This document shows, one piece after another, positions 38,878 through 52,341 of a DNA stretch of 64,000 nt. Each line of letters begins with the position of its first letter. Within the stretch, counting starts at the first letter, position 1. The translations under genes and the position numbers were made by a program. This DNA comes from Tubulanus polymorphus (Eukaryota; Animalia; Nemertea), in NCBI RefSeq assembly GCF_964204645.1, contig NC_134027.1, forward strand, positions 25,692,560-25,756,559. Direction: 5' to 3'. Below the pieces are notes generated by a model. The model was not told where the DNA came from. It saw only the letters and a program-made list of their open reading frames with translations, and made no database searches.

Positions 38878-40217
38878 CTACGATGAGATGCGTTTGTGTA
38901 GTTCACCTATGCAAATGATGGGTTCTGGGTGCGCACTTTCTGTAATCTCTCCCCTCGAACAGCCCTCAGTCACTATCGCAGATGATACATATTCCATTGA
39001 GATTTAAGAACTGAATGTTCTAAATTAGATTTGGAACGATTCTTACGCATAAAACGATTACCGGTAAACGTATTTAATTGCACGCAGTATTTCAATAGTC
39101 GTAGAAAGATTTTCCAATTTTGAATACTAACATATTGGTCTACGATACCGATTACAGAGAAACAATCATTTTCATCTTTATCATTATCAATCAGATTCAG
39201 GTGATTAGTAATTTCCGGTCGATGTAAACCGAGTTCCCCTATTGTAATTTTTGTGATTCAGGGCTGGGTTTCATAGATGTGGAAGAAAGATAGTCCCTGG
39301 GAACATTTTGAAATTTGTCAGTTATAACCATGGTTTCTCATTGTTACTATGGTGGTTGTCACCCAAATTGTGGATTTACCCCTAGGGATTACTTTGAAAC
39401 CAGTCTATGAAACCGGGCCCTGGTGTTTATCGTGTAGAATATATCCCTATATGCATCTGCATCTGCATCTGCATACCGGTATCTGTGCAGCTGCGTTACG
39501 GGCAGGGAGGAGAACAACATTTTCCACTTCATCGACAAAAAAAAAACAAAACGTTCATGTGTAAAATATCAAACAACAAAACACTTATAATAATTCATCA
39601 TGGATTTTTATCTAAAAGTTATATATATATATATATATGAGTATAAATATTATATATATATATATATATATATGTATAATATATATACATGTATATATAT
39701 ATTATATATTATTATATATAATATTATAAATATTAATCTGATTATTTGTATGTATATGTATATCTGATTGATGTGTTGATTGGTGGAAATTTTGCACGGT
39801 TATGATAAGTAAAAAACCTGTGTGTAAACGTCGCGCTATCTTAGCATCTTGTATAAAGAATATCGCCATCGGCGGTCGTTGATTTCGCGATAGCGTTTAA
39901 TCTCTATGATTTGTTCAGTGTATTGTAGTCGTCGTTGTGTTGGGCGCGCGTTGAAGTCGAGAAAGTGGATATTAGTCCTGGGCCCTGTTCCGCAGTCCTG
40001 AGTTAGAATTCGACTGATATTTGGAAATGAACAATATGTAGAATCACAACAGGGGCTGGTCACATTTCGTAATGTATCGGTCCGCTCCCGATGGCCAATA
40101 TTTCTATATTAATTATTTGTATAGATATGTAGGGATTGTGGTCATTGAGAGATGAATGATACATTATGAAAAGCGACGAGCCCCTGCGAGCAGGACCCGC
40201 TTAATTTGGATGATTTG

Positions 40218-40572
40218 CAGAGGCGGATCCAGACCGTATTAGCCGTATTGCCCAACACGGTCTAGAATTTTTAAGTGCCCTTCCAAATTTCACCGGCAAT
40301 ATTTTTAAAGGCATTATTTCAGCAACCGCTAATTCCGTGTCCGGGTCGTTTATTCTGGATTGCTCTGAATTAGTCTCTAGAAGCCCTCTAAAAGCCTTTA
40401 AATGGTACCATATTTTCAAAATTTTCTGGGGGAGGGCTCCCATACCCCCTTCGAAGGACTTCGCGCCTTCGGCACTCACATTGACCTGGATACTGGGTGT
40501 ACCCTAAGATCAGAAAGGTGCCCTTAAATATCCTTCCAATACTGTCTACCCATCCCCCTGGATCCGCCCCTG
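40218..40572. mobile_element. MITE with CAG.GGCGGATCCAG TIRs
   Basis: cagaggcggatccag ... ctggatccgcccctg. Confidence 0.65.
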
Positions 40573-42563
40573 ATTTGGGACCGATGAAATTCATTTGATT
40601 CATGAGAAATCCGTGGTAAAGATCATATTAACGTATAGTTTGGCCTAGTCTAGTACCGAGCCATTGTAGAGGAACCCGTATGTCATCTGGTACACTCAGA
40701 CTATAGTTTATCATAAACATAAATAATGTCAACATTTTATTAAAATCCAGATTTAACTGTAATTTCAACCATAGAAAAGAAACTCAGGGCGGAAAAGAGT
40801 CCAGACTTGATTCGAAGTGGGCCAACAAGGACCGGTCAGACGGTGCTCAATGCTACCACCTATGTGCAGTTTGACAGTCATATTATCAACAACAAAAAAA
40901 AAACATCAGTTCCTGTTTGCGGTGAACTATCGAGTTAACGGCATGCTCGCACAAAATATCCGTTTTCAATCCTGAAAATCGGGACGTTGCCAAAAATATC
41001 CTTAACTTCGTAGTTGCAGCCCTGTAGAATTTAGTCTTCCAAACGATGTTTATAGCGTCAAACTGCGGGTAAGAGGTGGCACTGCATTACGGCAAAATCA
41101 AGCGGCCTTTTGGTCAATCGGGAAGTGTAAAATTTTGAAAATGATCGAATTTATCTCGACTTTCTAAATGAAATTTGATTCCCCCAGCAAATAGTTAAAC
41201 GAAGTTTGAAATAAGATTTTGATTCGTAAATTGTCGCTTGAAGATGAGGTTAGATACAGAGCGCACTTTTCGCCGCTAATCGCGTTGTTTTACGAGTGTT
41301 AACCCTTTATTCTGCGTTCGCGTTTTTGTCTGGGCTATTATGTATCGATCTTCGTTGTGACTATTCTTCGTCTGTCTTTGAGTGTGATGTTTTTCCAAAA
41401 CGAGTTGATTATCGAATGTAATATTCGTTAGCGTCGTCGTCGTCGTCGTCGAGTTTTAATTAACGAGAAATCATTTTAATTACGTGTGTTTAACGACGAT
41501 CGACAACTACTGTATTTTAACGATAAATTCCTCGTCGGTAAAGATAGGTTTAGATGCACCGCATATACACACACACATACAAACATCCGAGTACATCGTT
41601 GTTATAGTTCGATTTCTTTTCATTCATCTGTTTTGTGTCGCAAGTCCATGCAGATATCGTGTATACCATAATTTACCAGAGTTTGATATATCATCATCCA
41701 GTAGGTTTCAAATATGATATTATGTAGAGATGCAGTGATATTTCAGCAGTATATGATATTTAGAAAGTATTTAAGACGTTTTTTGCCGAGGTTTTCTTAA
41801 TTTGAGCATTCATTCTTACTTATATACATAATATATATATATATAAAAAAATAACTGAATCTATGTATATCGACATATAAATATATATATTATAGCAAAA
41901 TTCTGCTGTGTATTAAATCGTTATTATTGGTCAATGAATTGATTAACATATTTTGATTTTAGTAGGTCTCGCGTGATTAATCAGTATCTGTAGGTAAAAG
42001 GTTTTAATTAAATGATTTATTTACGATGAATAGTAAAATGCTATAAATGCGAGAACGTTTTAATTTTTGAGTTTGTTCGATTAAAGTTTTGACGATGTAT
42101 GATATAGAAATGAGAAAACTTCACCCGAACAGCTACGCTTGAAATGTGACGTTGATTTATTACTAATTCGTTAAGGTTGTAGTTAGTAGTAGTATTAAAG
42201 ATAATGTATTTATTGCTATATTTAATGCTGAGCTGTGCTCATCTTTACTGTTTGTACTGATAATTAGATAAGATTCTGTAATCGTTTGCGTAAAATACTA
42301 GACGTACGAAAATCCATCCTTTTTTCCTTCGATCCGTTTTTAAATCTCAGATAGAAATTCTATGATTCCCGATCCGATCGGCATCCGGAACCTGTCGTTA
42401 GGCGTCGCTCCGGAATTCCGGCTGCGAGGAGGAAGGATGTCCCCGTACTGTACTGCGCTCGGTTGTACATTCGTCTAACTGTACATTGTCGATTAAAAAA
42501 AAAGGGAGAAAATCCGATTTTAATCTTTTGACAAATTATTTGTTAATAGAGATAGATAACGAA

Positions 42564-42594
<31 letters not shown>

Positions 42595-43561
42595 TTATAA
42601 AATCTGGTTGTTTTCAGTAGCTGTACATTTTTGCCCTCGCTATCTCCGCATATTGATAAACTATGGAATATATATATATTATATATTCAAATGCGTCATA
42701 TTTAATATAAATAAATGAATATATGAATATATATATCTTGTTTACAGAATTACTACTAATTACCTTATTAATTTATTAATTAAACGAATTAATCATTGAT
42801 GATGATGATAATGAGAAAAACGGTGTTTATATCTATATGAGGAAACGCGCGAATCTTGATGTTGAAATAATTAGGAAATATCTGGCGGAAAGACGACGAG
42901 TGTTTGGCGATGATTCAATTCATCGCGGAAAGTGTGAGTTTTGCCCAAAATTTCAAAGATCTATCGCAATAGAAAATGTCCTTTTTTTCTTATCGGAGGC
43001 TACGTTTTTCAAAGCAGTCTCAGCCCAGCTCAGACGAGCGAAGGAAATTTCGAAATACTTCGAAGATCTTAAAACGTGCTAAGGTTATCTTTGGTCATTA
43101 ACCAATTCTCAGCATAGATAACCTTAGCTGAGAATTGGTTAATGACAATAATTTGAGTAGTTGAAAACTGCTTTGTAAAACGTCTAGACTTTTCACCGAG
43201 AAAATTTCTTTTCAAAATCAAAACAACGCAATCTGAATAAATCTAGCTTATTTAATTTCGCTCATTAATTCGACTGAAATGTTTGGTGCTAAAACTAAAT
43301 TTGATGACATTGAATCCACCTTAACGCGGGCGCAAAAAGAGATCTTACCACACCAGATATTTCTAAAATAATCATAACTGGGTTTGTACAATGAGGTATA
43401 ATAATAATTATAATAAATATTAATAATAATTAATTGTTATCATAACAACAACTTGTAGAGGACAATAATATTAATACTAATAATAATAATAATGATGATT
43501 TTAGGTTTTGTACCTTCATTGAGGTTTTGTTCTGTTAATGCCATGAATGGTTTTTTTATGA

Positions 43562-43612
43562 AATAAATACTTTAAAAAGTGGAATATTTGGCGTTTGATG
43601 TTTGTTTTGTGT
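43562..43612 (+). terminator. Putative distal polyadenylation signal of PMCA
   Basis: AATAAA followed by a GT/T-rich element (gtttgatgtttgttttgtgt) at the end of a long AT-rich UTR-like region. Confidence 0.45.
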
Positions 43613-44113
43613 GGATGGAACTCGTGACCCCCCCCCCCCCAAATCCACCTCAATACCGGTATACAGGTCTCACACGACGTGATGTCCTGCCAGAGGTAAG
43701 CAACAGAACAGTATTAACACGTCATCGGCTGAACCCAAGGGGGATGGTGCCCCGGCCTCAATCAGACCCTTCACCCGCCCCTGATAATAACCACGACCAG
43801 TATATGACATAGTCAACTCGCAAAAATTTACAGTACGAATACATAGTAGATGAATAGATTGAATCGACTGTTACCATCCGTTATGATCCAGTCCCAACTT
43901 CGGCAACCTAAAAGCGAGTTTCAACATGACGTATTTGACACGGAAAAAACGAAAATACAATCAATTCATTTCATGAAATATATCGTATATATTTACAAAT
44001 ACTAAGATGTCGAAACTGTACAATTTTGATATCTAACACGTGCTAGTGCCCAGTCGTAACAGCAACATCATCCGGTAAATCATTCCTGGATCCGACTGTT
44101 CGTCTCTAACACC

Positions 44114-46547
44114 TTACAACCAATGAACACATCTTCCGGTTAGAGCGAAGATCAGAATCATTAACACGTGGATTCTGCCGAGGCGATTTCCTTTAACAGA
44201 AAACAAGTACATTATCAACAATGTTTTTGAAATCCCGAAAGTGAAGCTTGAAATTCTTATGCCATAGATCAAACTGCCTCCACAGGGATTGGAACAATAC
44301 GTATCTAATTGTTTAAGCGGTTTATTGTGTTTGTTCATCGAATATTCATCTATAGAAATATTCTCCAATCCACACGGCAGCTGCCGTGACGTCACGAACT
44401 GTCACGGCTTAACGGTTAAATTTACCAAATAAATCCAGTTAAGTCGCCATGTCGTAGTGATTGGCTTGGTGGTAACGGCTATGCCTTCCGCCCAATAGGT
44501 CCCGGGCACGATACCCGACCGGTGCGAACATTTCTTTTTCATGCTTATCAATGGGTGGGAGGCGATCGGCCTTGGCGATACATTTATCATCGAAATCTTT
44601 CAAATAAATTAATTTTATGCTGAAGCAAGATGACTTGTTCCACTGTTCTAAGTCCAGATTGACAACTTAAGTAGATTCAACCAATTGAAAATGAACTAAT
44701 TCTACTGTACTGGCTGCAATGGTGTCTGTATAACCGGCCTAGAGGGTTTTGATTGCGGATACCTGAGTTTACTGGACACTCTCTTCCCGGGACGATTTCA
44801 TCGGCTCTTTTACCACAATTATCATAACCATCGCATTGAAGCGTTTTACTAATACAGCGACCACCATCAGGACACGATAATCCGTCATCACACGCTTCTG
44901 TCAAATATCAACAAGATCATAACACTTCAAAAACTCATTACGTTTAATGCTGACACTACTTACTAATTTCATGTAAGTTTATAGTATTCCTGATTATGAT
45001 ACAGTCGAAACGTTGAGTAAAACCATTTCCATATAGACGACGAATTTTACTATCGACTTGGTTGAAAATCGCCAAACATTTTGCACGAAGGTAGGCCTAC
45101 TTAATGAACGACCCCAGCCCATAGTTAAAACTAGTTTATTTCCAATTATTTGACTTCCATAGATTTTCTTTTCATGAGCCTATCATATTCTTACTGTATT
45201 CAAATATAGTGTAAACTATTTCAAATCCTTCGTGCGTTTTGCCCTGGTCGTCGCCGGAGTTACTTTCAAATTCAAACGTTACCGAATTCTGCGTCGAAAA
45301 CATGGCGGTCTGTTTCAATTTCTTCGTCGGACCGCAGAGTCCGTGCCCTGCAACGAAATAATACAACAGTCGTTCATCGAATTTCGCTAGTATTAATAAG
45401 TGTTTCTTTCGGAATTTCAGTGATTCTTTTAATACTTACTTCCCGATAAACTTTTTGCCGGATTTTTACCACGTCCGTCGTAGATAGTGAGTTTATCTTT
45501 GGAACAACTGGCGTGGTATTCAATATCCAGCATTTTGACGGTGAGTATTAGGAATTTATTGGTTCCAGCATCGAGAGTCAGGTAACAGTAAGCTAGTTTC
45601 GGGTAATACGCAGACTGCGTATAGTGAATTATACCCGCCATTTGACTTGATACATCGATCGTTTTCGTACAATTTCTATCCATATAAACTGAAATGTAAT
45701 CAACAAAAAGGTCAGCGAATGATAGATTAATAAACATCTCCAGTTACCAAGAACCCAATCTTGGCCAAAATGAGTTTAGATTGTTATACAGTAGATAGAC
45801 TGCGTTTAACCCGAAGTCGATTGCCCGGATTATCACGTGCCCCGAAAAAAAAAAAAACATTACAAGTTTTCCTACTCCAGTTCATTGTGACACCAACCTA
45901 TCTCCTGCTCGGAATGTTCCGTAGTTCGGGTACCTCAGAGGAGAGGATTTATTGGTCCTGTGAGATCTGAGACAGGGGAAGTCTATACTTCTCATGTACT
46001 ACTAGTCTTGCCATACAGATCTTTGATCACGTCCATAATGCTGATTGCAGCGCGTGGTGTGATAACCGTATGTTTTGTAAAAGTTTGATGGTTAAAATAA
46101 TTAGAATTTGTGTGTAAAAAAGAAAATACAGATCTTTCGCTAGAATTAGGTTCTAAACTTGTAATATGTACATGTAACGTCTGAAGACTGGTCTTAAATC
46201 ATAAGTTCGGATCTGAGTATAAAAGGCTTTTAGAAAATCAAGGACAAATCAAGAATTGCTATACATAGGGGCCTACTAGTTTCTGAGAACCACTGCTTGA
46301 GAAAAAAACCCATGATTTATGAAGAAAAACTAAGAGCAGTGACGTTCAATTCTTCTGAAAATGGCTTACAGAATTGAGTCTAAACGTCACTACTCTCTTA
46401 GTTTTTCTTCATAATTGGGGTTTTTCAGATTGTATGATGAAGGATGAAGTCCTATATTAACTTACCTTGCGCATACTTATTCGACAGTACTGAGACGGGA
46501 AGAAATACGAACACCGTTAGGAACTGCATCAGAGAAAACCGGGCCAT
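44114..46547 (-). CDS. CUB + LDL-receptor class A domain protein, ~231 aa, with signal peptide and GPI-anchor-like tail. Exons 46466-46547, 45440-45688, 45195-45347, 44763-44897, 44114-44190.
   Basis: Signal peptide MARFSLMQFLTVFVFLPVSVLS; CUB features (C..DKLTIYDG, LCG, VTFEFES, GFEIVY); LDLa C..GRCISKTLQCDGYDNCG..ADE; all introns phase 1 GT-AG. Confidence 0.85.
46317..46414. mobile_element. Short hairpin MITE, related copy at 14013-14172
   Basis: tgaagaaaaactaagag ... ctcttagtttttcttca. Confidence 0.6.
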
Positions 46548-47549
46548 GGTCCGTACTGAAATATCTCCGCCCCTCCAGCTCGATTCTATCCCTTGCTGGC
46601 ACACGGTCACAATACTAATTTCTCACAGTGCTCAGACAGGACTAATACCTATACACAGTTGTAATGACAGCGCGTTTAACTTGGAATTCTTTTCTGTCAT
46701 TCAATTAGGTCGTACTTGGATTTTATAACTACAAGTACCAAACCTGCCTGACGTGTTTTCTACGACTCTCCACTCAGCGCGTGTACTGGTTTAACAATGG
46801 GTACGCCTCGCCTGTCGTTAATGGCGATTTTGATTTAACGGTAATTTAACGTTTCATACGTAACAAACAAACACTTTTAATAGTAAATCTGATTGCAGCG
46901 CTCAAGCGTTAAAACAATAGTAAACACTCTCGAATCAAAAACGACATTTCAGTATCTATTTTATTGTCAACAAAATATACAGAAAATTATTTATTGATTA
47001 AGGATAGATTTAGAAAATTATTTCAGGTCCGTTCTCCAATGTATCCAACGTCTGTTTATTTCGATTGAATTGAGTAGAGCTCGTCTTGGAAAGAAATTTC
47101 AAAGGGCATGCAGTTAGTCTTATTCCAAAAAGGATTTCTTTCAAAAAAGACATCTGTAGAAATTCACGAGAATCACAAAAGAATGTTAAAGAAACAGAAT
47201 ATGAATGATAAATTTATAAGCTTGGTATATCCCATGATCCGAACCCGGGCCTACAAAATTCAGAGACAGCGGAGCGCTGGACCACGTAGTGGTCAGTGGA
47301 GATAATCGTGATCGTGTCGTAAAATCAGTGATAAGTGATGACATTAAGCAAATGGATCAATTTATTTTCCACAAGAAACAAAAACGTACATTTTCAAAAG
47401 ATTACATTCGTATACAGGCTCTGCATCAAGGTAAATTCACACAGGTAATGGATCTGTGGCCACCTACGTTGGCTTTGGGACCAACTTCACAGTGTCCAGG
47501 GAAATATTATGTCTCAGTAATCAAAGAAAATAGGAAATAATTTTAACCA

Positions 47550-47680
47550 GGACCCAGTTTCACGAAAAAGTTTAAGCCTAAAACGGTTAAGTTTGAATTG
47601 TTGTCCTCATTGAAAACATGAAGTAACCAATAGCAATTACACCAAAAATTTGAGTTAAACTTTTTGTGAAACTTGGCCCA
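47550..47680. mobile_element. Short MITE, second copy at 53540-53670
   Basis: ggacccagtttcacgaaaa ... ttttgtgaaacttggccc, conserved in both copies. Confidence 0.75.
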
Positions 47681-50600
47681 GGGCTTGTTAAGCTTAAACC
47701 TCGCACAAATTCACGATCTTTCGGAATTGAAGATGCAGAAAAATAGATTTCGAAACGTCCGGTACACTCGTCGGACCGCAAACACTTTCAATGCCAATCG
47801 GTTCCGGCTGATAATTAGTACCACCAATTCAATGTGTTTTGGGCGATGATCAGTACGCTTTTCGCTCAAGGTCGTTGATTTTTGCAATTATTTAAAATGA
47901 CAACGTGATTTGATTTAAATGTTCGTTTCATCGCGTATTAACTCGAGAAAAATAAAGGAATCAAACACAATGCCCAGGAGGAAGCCTTCTAATTGGACTC
48001 CGGAGTGTTTTAGATTTTCAAACAGCACAGATTTTCGTTTTTCCGGTAAGTTAGATAGTAATCTTGATCTTGATCTTGTCAATATTGTTGGCCATAGCCA
48101 TAGCCTAGGCGTCCCCAGGAATTTTCATAGGGGGTTCGAATAAGCATCAATCCAGCATCCAAGCACAATGTCTGGAGTTGGGTGGGCCTCCCCCAAAAAC
48201 TGTTTTAAAATTGGAGACTTAAGAGACGTTTTTCAAGGCTCTAAATGAATAACTTAGAGGTAAAAAACTAGTCAAATTGGCAAGAAAAATCTTGAACATT
48301 TATTACAAAGTAACTTGAGAAGTTAGCTATCTCGAAAAGGGAGTACGTCTGCTACCCCTGCACCCCCCTTGGGGATGCCTATGTTGGCTTAAATCATCAC
48401 CGCGTGCTGATGTTGATGGTTGTTGATGATGCGTATTGGTGACGCAGGCGCCAGGGGTAGGTTCGATTGTTCAATGCCTATCCTTTTCTATTCCCGATTT
48501 ATCATTCAGTGCCTACATATTCTAGAAATCTCTTGCGCGTTCTTTTCAACCAGAATACGCTCTACCCGGAAATCCCAAAAACCTGATAGAAGTGGCCTGA
48601 GAGAGACAGGTTGGCCGCTTACCTGGATTTCAGGTAATAGTCAGGAAACAGAAAACAGTCAGAAAATTCTGATAGTATTTGACTGTTTTTATTTATTGGA
48701 TTCTTAGCAGATTGAGTCAGGGAAAACTGTAGCCTAGACCTACATGTCGGGGAATAGTCAGGGTAAAAGCAAGCGATGTGGTGAAATAAAAGTGGCCACT
48801 CAGAGTGAGTTTGTAATCATTGGTCCATTCCTAAACAGGAATAACATCAAGCCTAAACCCTCAGTTTAGGCATAACTCTATTTGAGTTAAATTACTTCGT
48901 TTTCTAATGTATAATGAATTGATTTTTGCTAAATTCTTCCATAAAAAAAAGCGCGTGAACTTTTTATAAACTTCGTTATTTTTTCCCCACATCAAACAAC
49001 GCGTCAATTGAAAGCGATTCATTAGTTCATGCAGCGGAAATACCGAAAATGCTGCCAAATACATTCCCCGTGTTTAAACTACAGTTTGATGGATGGGGGT
49101 AAAACAAAAGAATCAGAATGAGAGGGGTTCAGACTAGTGTCGGTGCCGACTGCTCTCCCGGTTCAGCAGTGGCTCTCTCTCACCTCAAACGCCGGCAGTA
49201 GCTTCGATACACTGTTTGTTTTATCTATAAACTCTCTCTCGCTATCAGTAGGATTAGTAGGATTACTCGACCGTATTGGTCCGGATTAAACCGGATTATC
49301 CGCTGCTGTGTTGTTTGTGAGCTACGCCTGCGTTCCGCCGAAGCTCTACCCGTACGCGCTCTACAGTGAACTGGTTTAGTTGTTATGAAGATTTTGCGCC
49401 GCGAAAGAATTCACATTCGATCGACCTAGGTATCTCATAAACGCCGATGACAAGATATGGTGGATTGATTTCTGAACTTTTTTGGGTAATAGTGTTGTGA
49501 GCCCATTTTAGAGAAAAGATTTATCTCAAATTGTACGTTTAGTTATTTAAATAGTAGTTCATGTTTTTAATGAGTAAACTTAACAACTGCTTAGAGATTG
49601 AACATCATAAAAAACTGAACCAAGAATCCATTGAATTAAGATTCAGTTTTTTGTGTGGTTAAAATTAGTTTTGACGCCTTTATTCCTAGCTGTTTTCCAG
49701 AGTCGTAATCCACCAATGTAAAGAAATCTTTGATACCGATTAATGATCTAATTCTTGATGAGTTTTTCCTACTGCTAAAGTGCTTATCTCTAATTTTCTG
49801 AGTTGAAAAAATCTTTGAAACCAAGTAGGTAAAGTAGTTCATAGTTAAAGTAAAAAAATTGTAACCATAAAATTGTTGGTACTTTGTGCACCGAGATATT
49901 TTTAAAACATCATTTTTTGTAGACATATTTTTCATGTATTCATTTTATAATATTAATATCAAGTTGATTCAGGTGTTTCGAAATATCTAATGTTTTACAT
50001 TGGAGGCCAGGATTTTGTTCTCTTATGTCAATACTACCACCACCACCACCTCCGCTCGTAGGAAAAAATTAACGCGCTTATAAATGTAAGTTTTCGCGCG
50101 CGACCTCGGCACTTGGCTTAACGAACAGAGACAGGCATTTAGTTATTGTCAGCGATTTCGAAATCCGCTATTTTTGCACTCCGGAAAAATGAACTCGAAA
50201 ATCGCAACTCTTTGATACTTCCGTCTAATTTTACTCAAATCTAATTTGCTTTTTTTGCGGTGACCGGATGTGTATAAATGCCGGGAAATTGCTGAAAAAC
50301 AACTTTTTAGAACAATTTTTCTGGTATCTCAAGTTCTTTGAACCGTAAAGAAGGGATTTTTCGCCGCTATTTTTGCGTCTGAATTGTATCTGGACTAAGA
50401 GTCGGTGCACGTGCTTTAACTTATTTCTGAAAAATGGAATACATTCACTAAAACGTTAGTTTCAACAAGCTGTTTGAGATTTTGTTTTAAAAGAACATTT
50501 TTCGACGGAAAAATCTCCGTACTTTTCTGAAAGAAGAACGGTGATCGAAGTTTAGTGCTCCGGAACGATACTATTTATCGACAAGTTGTTGGATGAATCT

Positions 50601-52213
50601 AGTAGTGGGACGGAATTTGACCTCTTCGCCGAAATATCTGCTCTTTTTGTGATTCGAAAAAAAAATTCGATACTCAGCGCCAAAGAGGAAAGTTTGATTT
50701 GAAAGAACAGCGGTGAGTGCTCTCTCTATCCCGGGCGCACGCTGGCATATTAGATCATCATCTATTCGTCGGTTTAGTTTACTCTGCCGTGCGCTTATGA
50801 ATGATTTAATTAGCGGAGTTAGTTTTCTGCGAGGGGGAGAGGGAGGTATAAACTAAGCGGATATTAGTTGAACGCGGATAATGTAGGGTAGGATCAGCCT
50901 CTTGCCGCCGCGTCGCGAGATTTCGGGACTCTTTGAGATTCGATGCAGAATCTTCGCGAGAAGATTCTTCTTCTTTCTTCTTCCTTCGTCCTAATTGAAG
51001 GAGAACGTTTTCGTCTATCGCTTCAGCCACGATCTGTATGTAAAAGCTAACGTTGCGCTAACAGCGATAAAATCATTAACGGTTGTCCGTCTGTCCGCGT
51101 ACGTGTTGTTAATCGTTGGATTGATGATTCCGATACCGATAGTAAACGGATCGCAGGCCGTCCGTCGATGATCAGAAGTTTGTTACAATCCTCCAGATGC
51201 GCCGATAATACGAGGAACTGATGATTTCGATTTGAAAGTCTGTGTTTTGATCTACTAGAACGTTTCAGTGTTGCGAGGATTTAACGTCGAAAGCTTTGGA
51301 AAAATCGATAGCTTTCGACAAATCGATAGCTTTCGACCATTTGTATTGTACATAAGCCGTAAGTGTACCGTGAAAAGTGAATTTTTACATAAACGTTTTT
51401 GAAAAAGATTTTCGTTAATTCGTTCGTACGGACTAACGCTAGCCGGTTCGCAGCGTTTTTGAGGATGATCGCGTTAAACGAACGCGCGTTCGAGGACATT
51501 TCATCGGCGGAAATTCGCGCGGCGTTTTTTTTTTAGTCGAATCGAAATTTCTTATTTTTCCGCCGGAAAAATGCTCGGATTTTAACGAGTGAAAAAAACG
51601 ACGCTCTTACTCACTGATAAGTGTTTCAAGTGTGAGAGTTCTAGTGTTGCAGTTCTCTCCATTTCTCTCTCTCTCTCTAAACAACAGCTCTTGACACTAT
51701 ATGTATATATGTATATTTATCTGGTGCTTCGTTTCGTTCGTTGATGTTGATGATCGTGAAATGGTGTGAATTCGTTTCATAAAAAGAAAAACGATGAAAA
51801 TCATTGATAGCTGTTTTCCTTGTTTTTCCAAGAAGAATAAACGTGCTGAGAATACGGGATCGTTCGCAGATCAGGATAGAATCGGTGAGTGCTGCATGCT
51901 TCAACTCTCGAGCATCATGGACCCTACGTGGGTTTTTCCTAACTTGACTCTGGGTCCAGTCAGACAGTTTGGGATTACCCTGACTGTGGATCCAGTTCCA
52001 CAGTTGTGTGGGTTTAATTTGACTCTGGATCCAGTTCCACAGTTGTGTGGGTTTAATTTGACTCTGGATCCAGTTCCACAGTTGTGTGGGTTTCATTTGA
52101 CTCTGGACCAAGTTCCACAGTTGTGTAGGTTTAATTTGAATCAGATCATTTTGACGCCGATCCAAACCCTGCCTGCACTGCTTTTGAAATACGGATATTG
52201 CTAGCCCTCAGCC

Positions 52214-52341
52214 ATGAATAGTAAAATCACCACACTGTTGCTACTGGTGTTGGAGATTACTGGGGCCCACATGTTTGATAGTGAAACAACATCCCCCTCC
52301 CCTGCTTTACCCCCTTCCTCCCCACCCCCGTGCCCCCTCAG
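52214..52341 (+). CDS. Probable first coding exon of an unknown secreted or membrane protein (MNSKITTLLLLVLEITGAHMFDSETTSPSPALPPSSPPPCPL)
   Basis: gccATG context, hydrophobic signal-peptide-like N-terminus, Pro/Ser linker, CAG|gtaaac donor. Confidence 0.45.

Noticed and set aside
44452-44528. tRNA-like sequence (also 47225-47295)
   Set aside because: Degenerate A/B boxes without a cloverleaf; at most SINE remnants.
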